Counted from the stretch's first letter, positions 26,324 to 34,349 are shown. The stretch is DNA of 38,728 nucleotides from an uncultured Candidatus Saccharibacteria bacterium (GCA_964591195.1 CAZPZY010000002.1:1-38728); one strand, 5' to 3'. Program-made: numbers and translations. The notes: generated from the letters alone by a model not told the origin.

Positions 26324-27466
26324 TCATTTTTTATAAAAATTGATTACTTTTTTAACTGTTTTAATCACTCTATTAACGTCTCCATTTGTCATTTTTGGAA
26401 AGAGAGGGAGGGTGATAGCCCTTTGATAATATCTTTCAGCTATTGGAAAATCTCCTTTTTTATAGCCAAACTCTTTTTTATAAAAAGGTTGAAGGTGAAG
26501 CGGAATATAATGAACTTGAACGCCAATTCCTGCTTTTTGTAATCCTTCAAATATCTTCTTCCTGCCGGCTTTTAATCTTTCTAAGTTTAATTGGATTGGA
26601 TAAATATGCCAGGCTGATTTCACATAGCTCCTCTCGATGGGAGTAGTAATTTCTTTAATACTCTTAAAAGCCCTATTATATTCAGCAACAATCTCTCGTC
26701 GTCTTTTAATGAATTTATCTATTTTTTTAAGCTGACTTAAACCCAAAGTGCATTGGAAATCAGTTAAGCGATAATTATAACCAGGCTTCTCTATCTCATA
26801 ATACCAACCACCTTTTTCTGGTTTTTTTACTATACCATGATGTCTAAAAATTTTTAATTTTTTGTAAAAATTCTTATTATTCGTTAAAACCATTCCGCCT
26901 TCTCCGGTAGTAATATGTTTTACTGGATGAAAACTTAAAATAATCATATCAGCAAAACTGCCAACTTTCTTCCCTCGATATTCGGAACCCAAAGCATGGG
27001 ATGCATCTTCTATTATTAATAGCTTATATTTTCTGGCTATTTTTCCAATCTCATCATAGTCACAGGGATGACCGCCAAAATCAACCGGAGCTATAGCCTT
27101 AGTTCTAGTGGTTATCTTCTTCTCAATATTCTCCGGGCTAATGTTGCAAGTATCTTCCTGTACATCAACAAACACCGGTTTTCCTCCACAATGAACTACT
27201 GTATTGGCAGTCGCAGCGAAAGTTAAAGGAGTAGTGATTACTTCATCTCCCGGCCCAATCCCAGCCGCATTATAAGCAATGTGTAAAGCTGCCGTTCCTG
27301 AAGAAACTGCTACCGCATACTTTGCTTCACAATATTTAGCAACTGCTTTCTCAAATTCTTCAATTTTTGGTCCTTGGGTTATCCAATCACTTCTTAAAAC
27401 TTTAACAACTTCTTTAATATCATTGTCATCTATCCAGTGATGACCATAAGGAATAAATTTTTTCAT
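26324..27466 (-). CDS. pseC: DegT/DnrJ/EryC1-family PLP aminotransferase, PseC-type
   Basis: IPYGHHWIDDNDIKEVVKVLRSDWITQGPKIEEFEKAVAKYCEAKYAVAVSSGTAALHIA; SFHPVKHITTGEGG (PLP lysine region). ATG 27466 forms an ATGA overlap with the pseB stop (tcat at 27463-27466); the track start 27520 is less likely. Confidence 0.85.
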   Translation of the reverse strand: MKKFIPYGHHWIDDNDIKEVVKVLRSDWITQGPKIEEFEKAVAKYCEAKYAVAVSSGTAALHIAYNAAGIGPGDEVITTPLTFAATANTVVHCGGKPVFVDVQEDTCNISPENIEKKITTRTKAIAPVDFGGHPCDYDEIGKIARKYKLLIIEDASHALGSEYRGKKVGSFADMIILSFHPVKHITTGEGGMVLTNNKNFYKKLKIFRHHGIVKKPEKGGWYYEIEKPGYNYRLTDFQCTLGLSQLKKIDKFIKRRREIVAEYNRAFKSIKEITTPIERSYVKSAWHIYPIQLNLERLKAGRKKIFEGLQKAGIGVQVHYIPLHLQPFYKKEFGYKKGDFPIAERYYQRAITLPLFPKMTNGDVNRVIKTVKKVINFYKK

Positions 27467-28449
27467 TCTTCTATTTCTATTTTTTTTAACATTTTTCTTA
27501 TTTGTTTTTTGGTAAGCCATTTCTTGTTGGTACCACTTGTGTATTTGAACCCTTCTGGAAGTGCTTTTCCTCCTTTAAGGTTCTTTCTTCTCCAAAAAGG
27601 AAATTCCGGTTCTACCACAAAATACCTATCGAATTCTTTTGAATGCCTGGCTTCTTCAGTGGACAAAAGAATTTCATGAATTTTTTCTCCGGGACGAATG
27701 CCAGTTATTTTTATCTTGGCTTTAGGAGCAATAACTTTGGCTAGATTTATTATTCTTAAGCTAGGAATTTTAGGAATAAAAATCTCTCCTCCTTTCATTA
27801 ATCTAATACAATTAATAACAAAATGAACTCCTTCTTCTAATGTAATCCAAAATCTTGTCATTCTTTTATCGGTAATAGTTAATATCCCCCTTCTTTTTTG
27901 TTCAAGGAATAATGGAACTACACTTCCTCGGCTTCCCATCACATTACCGTAACGGGTACAACTAAATTTTGTCTTCCTTGTTCCAACATAAGAATTAGCC
28001 TGGATAAAAAGCTTTTCAGCACACAACTTTGAGGCTCCATAAAGATTTACAGGATTCACTGCCTTGTCAGTACTTAAGTTTATTACTTTCTCCACATCAT
28101 TATCTATAGCAGCGTCAATCACATTTTGACTCCCAATAATATTCGTCTTAACCGCTTCAAATGGATTATATTCACAAGCCGGAACTTCCTTTAAGGCAGC
28201 AGCATGTACTACAATATCTGCTCCATTCATGGCTCGATAAACTCTATCTTTATCTCTAACATCTCCTATAAAATATCTTAATCTTTTGTCCTCTTTAAAT
28301 TTTTGTTGCATTTGAAACTGTTCAAACTCATTATTAGAAAAAATTCGAATCACTTTCGGCTTATAATACCTCAATACTATTTCGGTGAATTTCATACCAA
28401 AAGAACCGCTACCACCGGTAACCAAAATAGTTTTATTATTGAGACCCAT
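27463..28449 (-). CDS. pseB: UDP-N-acetylglucosamine 4,6-dehydratase (inverting), PseB/FlaA1-type
   Basis: NNKTILVTGGSGSFGMKF..., YGASKLCAEKLF (YxxxK), about 330 aa, polysaccharide-synthesis SDR. The track start 28491 is TTG; ATG 28449 (MGLNNKTILVTGG) is preferred. Confidence 0.85.
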   Translation of the reverse strand: MGLNNKTILVTGGSGSFGMKFTEIVLRYYKPKVIRIFSNNEFEQFQMQQKFKEDKRLRYFIGDVRDKDRVYRAMNGADIVVHAAALKEVPACEYNPFEAVKTNIIGSQNVIDAAIDNDVEKVINLSTDKAVNPVNLYGASKLCAEKLFIQANSYVGTRKTKFSCTRYGNVMGSRGSVVPLFLEQKRRGILTITDKRMTRFWITLEEGVHFVINCIRLMKGGEIFIPKIPSLRIINLAKVIAPKAKIKITGIRPGEKIHEILLSTEEARHSKEFDRYFVVEPEFPFWRRKNLKGGKALPEGFKYTSGTNKKWLTKKQIRKMLKKIEIEE

Positions 28450-28564
28450 ACTTTTAATGTTATTTGTACTATCTAACCACCTCGGCAACAAAATGGTTAG
28501 AAGTAATTTTTAATTTTCTCTCAACTATTCCACCTTCAGTTGAGAGATTTCAACCTTTATTCTC

Positions 28565-28928
28565 TTCTAATTGAATTTTAGATAATTTTTGAGAAGGAGT
28601 CAAATAACTTACTTAGGCCTCCATACCTCCTTTCGTTATTATATTGATAAAGTTTGAGGTTAAACTCTCTCTTAATCTTTGAAAAAGTATTTGGTCAAAA
28701 ATCCTCTTTTAATTATTTTCCAGAAGGCTTCTACCTTACCATTGGTTTGAGGTTTATAAGGCCTAGTGTAAAGATGAACTTTCCAATCTTTTCATCTCTT
28801 TCTCAAAGGAATGATATTTTCTTCCTTGACCTTTTTAAAGTGCTTTGACTTTTTCTTTTTGATTTTTCATATTCAAGGACTAAAGTTAGCCTTTCTTGGA
28901 TGAATAACTTTTTGGTATAATTAGTCAT
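28565..28928 (-). pseudogene. decayed IS481-like (rve/DDE integrase-type) transposase remnant
   Basis: Minus strand: a short N-terminal ORF (MTNYTKKLFIQERLTLVLEYEKSK...*). In another frame KDWKVHLYTRPYKPQTNGKVEAFWKIIKRGFLTKYFFKD*. In a third frame YQYNNERRYGGLSK. TRPY(R/K)PQTNGKVE(R/A)F is the conserved C-terminal rve motif. The catalytic core is missing and there are several frameshifts. Confidence 0.6.
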
Positions 28929-29019
28929 GGTAACGGCCCTTAGTTAGTATTGGATCAACCTTTACTACTAACATTCTACCAAACCGTTACCAAATTGGTT
29001 AGCAATTACAAATAAGATA

Positions 29020-30264
29020 ATGGAAATTAAGCAAAAAATCTACAACCTTCTTCGGTGGTCTCAAAGATATACTCAGACAGATATGGTTTATTTGGCTAAA
29101 GGAGGATTCTGGTTAACTTTGGGGAAAATTATTACTTCTGTTTTGACATTTATCTTAGCTATAGCCTTTGCTAATCTCGTGCCAAAAGAGACATATGGCA
29201 CATATAAATATATTTTATCTATGGGAGGAATTTTGGGTATTTTCTCTCTCCCTGGTATCGACACTGCTCTGATTCGAGCAATAGCCCGAGGATACGAAGG
29301 CTCACTCCTCGTCTGTGTTAAAACTAAGCTTCGCTGGGGGATTTTAACCGGAATAGCTAGTTTAGGAGGGGCTGGATATTACCTCTTACAAGGGAATATT
29401 ACTTTAACTATTTGTTTTCTAATCGGTGCTATTTTCTTTCCTTTAATGAGCGCCTTTATACTTTATGAGAGTTTTTGGACAGGGAAAAAATCATTCAAAA
29501 TCCTTATTAAATATCAGGTCCTCATTCAGCTCCTTGTGGTTTCTATATTAATTCCCGTTTTATTTTTAACTGATAACCTATTTTTAATTCTCTTCACCTG
29601 GTTTAGTACCTATACTGCTTTTTATCTTATTGCTTTCTATCTTACCTTTAAAAAGGGGGCTCCTAATAAGAAAGAAGATCCAAAGGTAGTTTCTTATGGG
29701 AAACACTTAACATTGATGGAGATTTTAGGAATTATCGCTGCTCGACTGGATAGAATTCTTATTTGGCATTTTTTAGGAGCTACCTCTGTAGCAATCTATT
29801 ATTTTGCGACCATTCCTCCACAGCAAATTGAAGAATTTTTAGGTAAGATAAATGTTTTAGCTTTTCCAAAATTAGTTCAAAAAGACAAACAAGAAATCAA
29901 ATCAACTCTTCCAGTAAAAATGTTTAAACTTTTGATTCTAATAATTCCTATTGTAGTAGTCTATATTCTATTGGCTCCCTATATCTTCAAGCTATTTTTT
30001 CCTCAATATTTAGAGGCCATAATTTATTCTCAATTGTTTGCTTTAACTTTGTTATTTTATCCACGAATAATTTTGAAGACTGCTCTAACTGCTTATGCTC
30101 AAACGAAAAAACTTTATTGGCTCAGAATAACTACTCCTATCGTCCAAATATTATTCCTAATAACATTAACTCCTGTTTATGGAGTATACGGAGTAATAGC
30201 AGCACTTCTTGGAACTCAACTCTACGCCACCATTTTCTCATTCTGGTTATTTAAGAGAATATAA
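29020..30264 (+). CDS. wzx: Wzx-like oligosaccharide/polysaccharide flippase (MOP superfamily)
   Basis: 414 aa, hydrophobic throughout with about 12 predicted TM segments. N-terminal YLAKGGFWLTLGKIITSVLTFILAIAFANL is typical of the polysaccharide biosynthesis protein family. 3' end overlaps the convergent gene by 14 nt. Confidence 0.65.
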   Translation: MEIKQKIYNLLRWSQRYTQTDMVYLAKGGFWLTLGKIITSVLTFILAIAFANLVPKETYGTYKYILSMGGILGIFSLPGIDTALIRAIARGYEGSLLVCVKTKLRWGILTGIASLGGAGYYLLQGNITLTICFLIGAIFFPLMSAFILYESFWTGKKSFKILIKYQVLIQLLVVSILIPVLFLTDNLFLILFTWFSTYTAFYLIAFYLTFKKGAPNKKEDPKVVSYGKHLTLMEILGIIAARLDRILIWHFLGATSVAIYYFATIPPQQIEEFLGKINVLAFPKLVQKDKQEIKSTLPVKMFKLLILIIPIVVVYILLAPYIFKLFFPQYLEAIIYSQLFALTLLFYPRIILKTALTAYAQTKKLYWLRITTPIVQILFLITLTPVYGVYGVIAALLGTQLYATIFSFWLFKRI

Positions 30265-31183
30265 CTCCCTTGAACCAATTCACTGCCTTTTCTAACCCTT
30301 CTTCTAAACCGATATTTGGCTCCCACTTTAAAATCTCTTTTGCTCTTGTTATATTGGGACATCTCCTTATAGGATCATCTTTGGGCAATTCCTTAAACAC
30401 AAATTCTGATTTTGAATTTGTTAGTTTTTTGATTCTCTCTGCTAGTTCTAAAATTGTAATTTCTTTGGGATTTCCTATATTTACAGGGCCTACATAATCA
30501 GAGTCCATTAATTTTATTAAACCCTCTATAGTATCAGAAATATAACAAAAACTTCTAGTTTGTTTACCATCTCCGTATATAGTTATTGGTTCGTTTTTCA
30601 AAGCCTGTTTAATAAAATTTGGAACTACCCTGCCGTCATTTAAATTCATTTTTGGACCGTAGGTATTGAATATTCTCGCAATTCTTATTTCCACGCCATA
30701 CTCTCTGTGAAAATCCATCATTAATGTCTCTCCAATCCTTTTACTCTCGTCATAACAACTCCTCACGCCAATAGGATTAACATTTCCCCAATATTCTTCC
30801 TTTTGAGGATGCTGTAAAGGATTTCCATATACTTCAGAGCTAGAAGTAAATAAAATTTTAGAGTTGAATTCTTTGGCTAAAAGTAATAAATTATAGGTTC
30901 CTAAAGAATTTGTCAAAATCGTCTCAATAGGATATTTTTGATAAAAAACCGGTGAAGCCAGAGAGGCCAAGTGATAAATTTCGTCAAATTCTAAAAAGGG
31001 AATTTTTTGCGAGATATCAGCTTTTATTATTTTCACCTTTAATTCTTTCAAATTTTCTTTTTTCCCAGAAAGAAAATTATCTAAAATTGTAACCTCATTT
31101 CCTTCTTTGACTAGTCTTTCAGTCAAATGAGAACCAATAAATCCTGCTCCTCCAGTAATTAAAATTTTTTTATTTCTTTTCAT
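30251..31183 (-). CDS. UDP-glucuronate decarboxylase (UDP-xylose synthase), extended SDR
   Basis: 310 aa. KILITGGAGFIGSHL, CYDESKRIGETLMMDFHREYGVEIRIARIFNTYGPKM, DGRVVPNFIKQALKNEPITIYGDGKQTRSFCYISD closely follow UXS/ArnA-decarboxylase-type blocks. Confidence 0.8.
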   Translation of the reverse strand: MKRNKKILITGGAGFIGSHLTERLVKEGNEVTILDNFLSGKKENLKELKVKIIKADISQKIPFLEFDEIYHLASLASPVFYQKYPIETILTNSLGTYNLLLLAKEFNSKILFTSSSEVYGNPLQHPQKEEYWGNVNPIGVRSCYDESKRIGETLMMDFHREYGVEIRIARIFNTYGPKMNLNDGRVVPNFIKQALKNEPITIYGDGKQTRSFCYISDTIEGLIKLMDSDYVGPVNIGNPKEITILELAERIKKLTNSKSEFVFKELPKDDPIRRCPNITRAKEILKWEPNIGLEEGLEKAVNWFKGVIFS

Positions 31184-32021
31184 TTTTTCGATGGCTATAA
31201 TTTAAGAAATATTCTTCTCTTAAGCCACTTTTTTTTAGTAATTTTCGATTAATTTTTCGCATTGCTTTTAAAAGAGGTAAAGCAACTTTTTTAGAATTTG
31301 CAAATTGAATCAAAGAATTTATATCTTTTGGGAAACAAGAACCTCCGTACCCCTGATAATTATCAGTAAAAATATCAAAATGAGAAGGGCCAATCCTCTT
31401 GTCTCTTCCTACTCCCGCTTTTACTTCTTCATAGTTTATTCCCAATTTTTGACAAAGCTCATAAAATTCGTTGGCAAATACCACCTTCATTGCCAAAAAA
31501 GAGTTAGCCATAAATTTTATCATTTCTGCTTCTTTGGCTGGCATTATTTTTTGCCAAGGAGCTGAAGGTAAAATTTTCATAATTTTTTTTGCCAAATTTT
31601 CACTTTCTTGAGTATATCCAACAATTTGCCTATCTGGATGTAAAAAATCCTCCAAGGCATGATTTTCTCTTAAAAATTCGGGATTAAACAAAATTTTGTG
31701 TTGAGGAAATTTTTTTTGGAATTTTTCAGTTGAACCGGGCAAAACCGTTGATTTGATCACTACTATCTTTTTGTCTGAAAGATTTTTTAATGATTCCCAA
31801 ACCATTGAATCGTCATAGCCTCTTTCTTTATGATAAGGAGTGGGAACGCAAATAAAGATAATATCGGCCTGATTAACCTCCTCTGGAGAACCAAGATTTC
31901 TGCCTTTGTCGTATAAAAAAAGTTTAAATCCTTTTTTCTCAAAATATCTTTGGAGGGCGCCACCGACCATACCTACTCCCACGATACCAATTTTTAAATC
32001 CTTTAATGATTTTTCTTGCAT
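31170..32021 (-). CDS. UDP-glucose/GDP-mannose dehydrogenase-family protein, short form lacking the C-terminal UDP-binding domain
   Basis: KIGIVGVGMVGGAL (Rossmann), FNPEFLREN, YGGSCFPKDINSLI (catalytic Cys block). The protein ends about 45 aa after the Cys block. The track start is TTG 32048; ATG 32021 is preferred. Confidence 0.65.
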   Translation of the reverse strand: MQEKSLKDLKIGIVGVGMVGGALQRYFEKKGFKLFLYDKGRNLGSPEEVNQADIIFICVPTPYHKERGYDDSMVWESLKNLSDKKIVVIKSTVLPGSTEKFQKKFPQHKILFNPEFLRENHALEDFLHPDRQIVGYTQESENLAKKIMKILPSAPWQKIMPAKEAEMIKFMANSFLAMKVVFANEFYELCQKLGINYEEVKAGVGRDKRIGPSHFDIFTDNYQGYGGSCFPKDINSLIQFANSKKVALPLLKAMRKINRKLLKKSGLREEYFLNYSHRKNEKK

Positions 32022-32025
32022 ATTC

Positions 32026-32184
32026 TTAATTTTTAATCTTTGTTTCAAACCACTCTTGGACCTTTTTTAAACCTTCTTCAAAAGGAACTTTTGGTTGCCA
32101 ATTTAGAAGGTTTTTTGCTAAAGCGATGTCGGCTTTAGTATGCAAGACATCCCCAATTTTAACATAACTATTTTTAACGTCAAA
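32026..32184 (-). pseudogene. 3'-terminal relic of an NAD-dependent sugar epimerase/dehydratase gene
   Basis: Minus frame (checked triplet by triplet): ...SYVKIGDVLHTKADIALAKNLLNWQPKVPFEEGLKKVQEWFETKIKN*. Compare the GalE-like C-terminus KAKKELNWQPKYNLEEGLKETVKWF. An in-frame stop lies just upstream at 32185-32187. Confidence 0.6.
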
Positions 32185-32191
32185 TTAAGTA

Positions 32192-32333
32192 CAATACCTA
32201 ATATCAAGGTAACCCCTTCGGCTACAGCTAGCCAAAAAGTGTTTTTGGCTATAGTTTGCTTGACACCCAAATTCTTCAGAAAAAAAACCTGAGGATTGGA
32301 AATAATGTTTCTGAGTATCGTCCTAAAATTCAT
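32192..32333 (-). pseudogene. 5'-terminal relic of a Wzx-like flippase gene, fused out of frame to the epimerase relic
   Basis: Track ORF 32118..32333 begins MNFRTILRNIISNPQVFFLKNLGVKQTIAKNTFWLAVAEGVTLILGIV (flippase-like N-terminus). It then reads through the epimerase relic in the wrong frame and stops. Confidence 0.4.
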
Positions 32334-32889
32334 TTTTTAGAAATTAATTTTTCAAAGATATCAAGGTAATAAATTTTCTTCTCATCAATTAAAAATGGTG
32401 CTAATCTCCTTTTCAGGTTTTTAAGATTTGGTTTTACCTTTTTTTGATAAAGCCTGGCCAACTTTTTGAAAAGTTCCTTTTCGTTTTTTACTTTCAATTC
32501 AGGAAAAAGAAGTGGCGATGGTTTTACATTATGGCTTAAAAACCAAACTATATCATAAAGATCTCTCGGTTGGAGGTCCTTTCTTTTTAGGGTTGCTCTT
32601 ATTTTTTGAGAAAAAAGAAATTCCAATGTATTGGTAACAACGCTTTGAACAATTCCAAATCTGCTCAAAACAACAATTTCCGTCTCTGGCTTTATTTTTG
32701 GGCTGGTGTAATCTGTCTTGATTGCTAAATCTTCTGAAAATCTATCTAAATCTCTCAAAAGTCGCAAACTGGTGCCTCCAATAAAAAAAGAAGTTTAGAA
32801 GATTTGCTTTTGGGAAAAACTTAAAAACATCTTCTAATTTAAAAAGGGGGTAACTTTTAAATCTATTTTTCAGTTCGTTGAAAGTCATT
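32330..32889 (-). pseudogene. AbiEii/AbiGii-family nucleotidyltransferase toxin gene, frameshifted
   Basis: Frame B: (F)IGGTSLRLLRDLDRFSEDL... and ...QKIRATLKRKDLQPRDLYDIVWFL match the AbiEii blocks (GGTAL, R.SxDlD, RDlYD). The N-terminal 37 codons (LSNELKNRFKSYPLFKLEDVFKFFPKANLLNFFF) are in another frame. The shift is at an A7 run at 32783-32789; ATG 32889 is in a third frame. Confidence 0.55.
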
Positions 32890-32964
32890 TATTTCCAAAA
32901 ATAATACCTTTTTGTTATTATAAGAAATATATTATATCTAATCAATAGCGTGCTTAATCAAAAA

Positions 32965-33882
32965 TTAAGGGAGATAGCCCCTAAACCATTTTACTGTTTC
33001 CTTTAATCCTTCCTCTAAATTGTATTTTGGCTGCCAGTTAAGTTCTTTTTTTGCTTTGGAATAATCAACTCTCGATTTTATAATTTCTCCTTGACGCAAA
33101 GATTGAAAAATCGGTTTTACTTTTACTTTTAAAATTTTGGAAAGCAACTCTAAGAGATCATTTATGGTAATTTCTTTATTGGTTCCTACATTGTAAATTG
33201 AACTAGATGGAGCATTTAGAGCTAAAATTGCTGCCTTTACTGCATCATCAACATATAAAAAATCTCGCGTTTGTTCTCCATTTCCAAAAATAATCGGTCT
33301 TTCTCCTTTTAAAATTTTATCAATAAAAATTGCCACCACTCCCCCTTCTCCGCCGCTCGATTGCCTTGGTCCATAAATATTGGAATACCTTAAAGAAAGG
33401 AAATCTAAACCCTGGGTTTGAAAATAATTAAGATATTTTTCAATAGCTAATTTAGTAACTGGATAAGGAGCAATTGGATTTAAAGGGTGATTTTCTTTTA
33501 CTGGTAGAGTTTTTGGTTCACCATAAACCCCAACCGAGGAAGCAAAGATAAACTTTTTTACTTTGTATTTTTTACAATTACCTAAAAGATTCAAAGACCC
33601 TAAAATATTGACTTTAGCGTCAGACATCGGATCTTTGACGGATTTTCGGACATCAATCTGAGCAGCAAAATGAAAAACAACCTCTGGCTTTTCTTTTTGA
33701 AAAATTTGAGGAATTTCTGGGTCTTGAATATCAATCTGGTAAAACCTGGCTTTTGGGTTAAGGTTTTCTTTTTTTCCGGTGGACAAATTATCAATAACCA
33801 CAACTTTATGGTCTTCTTTAATTAATCTATCAACTAAATGGCTTCCTATAAACCCTGCCCCACCAGTTACAAGTACTTTCAT
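32965..33882 (-). CDS. NAD-dependent sugar epimerase (GalE-like UDP-hexose 4-epimerase family)
   Basis: 305 aa. MKVLVTGGAGFIGSHLVDRL, SSVGVYG, YPVTKLAIEKYLNYF (YxxxK), GNGEQTRDFLYVDD. Confidence 0.8.
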   Translation of the reverse strand: MKVLVTGGAGFIGSHLVDRLIKEDHKVVVIDNLSTGKKENLNPKARFYQIDIQDPEIPQIFQKEKPEVVFHFAAQIDVRKSVKDPMSDAKVNILGSLNLLGNCKKYKVKKFIFASSVGVYGEPKTLPVKENHPLNPIAPYPVTKLAIEKYLNYFQTQGLDFLSLRYSNIYGPRQSSGGEGGVVAIFIDKILKGERPIIFGNGEQTRDFLYVDDAVKAAILALNAPSSSIYNVGTNKEITINDLLELLSKILKVKVKPIFQSLRQGEIIKSRVDYSKAKKELNWQPKYNLEEGLKETVKWFRGYLP

Positions 33883-33905
33883 ATTTTTAATATTAATTTT
33901 TTATA

Positions 33906-34268
33906 TTAACGAGAACCTACCCGCCCGCCACCTGCCCGCTCGTGCCTTGCAATAGCAGACGGGCGCGAGCCAGCGAGTCGGCTTCTAAGAAATCTCCGAC
34001 CAAAACCAGTTTTGAAATATTTCTCTCTTTTTATTGCCGCCTCTTTAGATAAACAAGCTTCATAATAAATAAGCTTGACAGGTAATCGGTATTTTGTAGA
34101 AAATACCTTACCAGTCTGATGTTCTTTAATTCTTTGCTCAAGATTATTAGTCCAACCAATGTATAACTTCCTATCTTTAAGACTTTCCAATACGTAGGTA
34201 TAGTAGAATTTGGCTCGCTGGCGAGGCGGGCGGGTAAAGCCACATCCACCTGTTACCAATATCCTCAT
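33906..34268 (-). CDS. GIY-YIG nuclease-domain protein (YhbQ/UPF0213-like) translated from an epimerase-type start and flanked by GC-rich inverted repeats
   Basis: Core FYYTYVLESLKDRKLYIGWTNNLEQRIKEHQTGKVFSTKYRLPVKLIYYEACLSKEAAIKREKYFKTGFGRRFL is a GIY-YIG domain. N-terminal MRILVTGGCGF mimics an SDR epimerase start. P/R/G/A-rich ends are translations of the GC-rich repeats 33918-33929/34225-34236 and 33969-33977/34214-34222. Confidence 0.75.
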   Translation of the reverse strand: MRILVTGGCGFTRPPRQRAKFYYTYVLESLKDRKLYIGWTNNLEQRIKEHQTGKVFSTKYRLPVKLIYYEACLSKEAAIKREKYFKTGFGRRFLRSRLAGSRPSAIARHERAGGGRVGSR

Positions 34269-34349
34269 ATTTCACCTAAATAAGGGAAGTTGGTCTAAGA
34301 CAGAAGAGAGACAGGAAATTGCCTAAAGGATAATCAATATCTTCTGATA

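Noticed and set aside
28654-28848. 64-aa plus-strand ORF in the pseB-wzx spacer
   Set aside because: It is antisense to the recognisable transposase relic. The opposite strand carries the conserved TRPYKPQTNGKVE motif.
32768-32889. First read as the N-terminus of an AbiEi antitoxin starting at ATG 32889
   Set aside because: I had dropped a base at a line break. The correct reading from ATG 32889 stops after 8 codons. The sequence fits better as the frame-shifted N-terminus of the AbiEii gene itself.
33600-33803. 67-aa minus-strand ORF inside the galE-like gene, and the 72-aa ORF 34031..34249 inside the GIY-YIG gene
   Set aside because: These are alternative frames of well-supported genes, with no independent signals.
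33906-34268. GIY-YIG ORF plus structured GC-rich flanks as a group I intron interrupting an epimerase gene
   Set aside because: The downstream galE-like gene has its own complete 5' end (MKVLVTGGAGFIGSHL), so there is no split exon to rejoin. I cannot recognise group I core elements by eye. This remains a formal alternative to be tested with covariance models.
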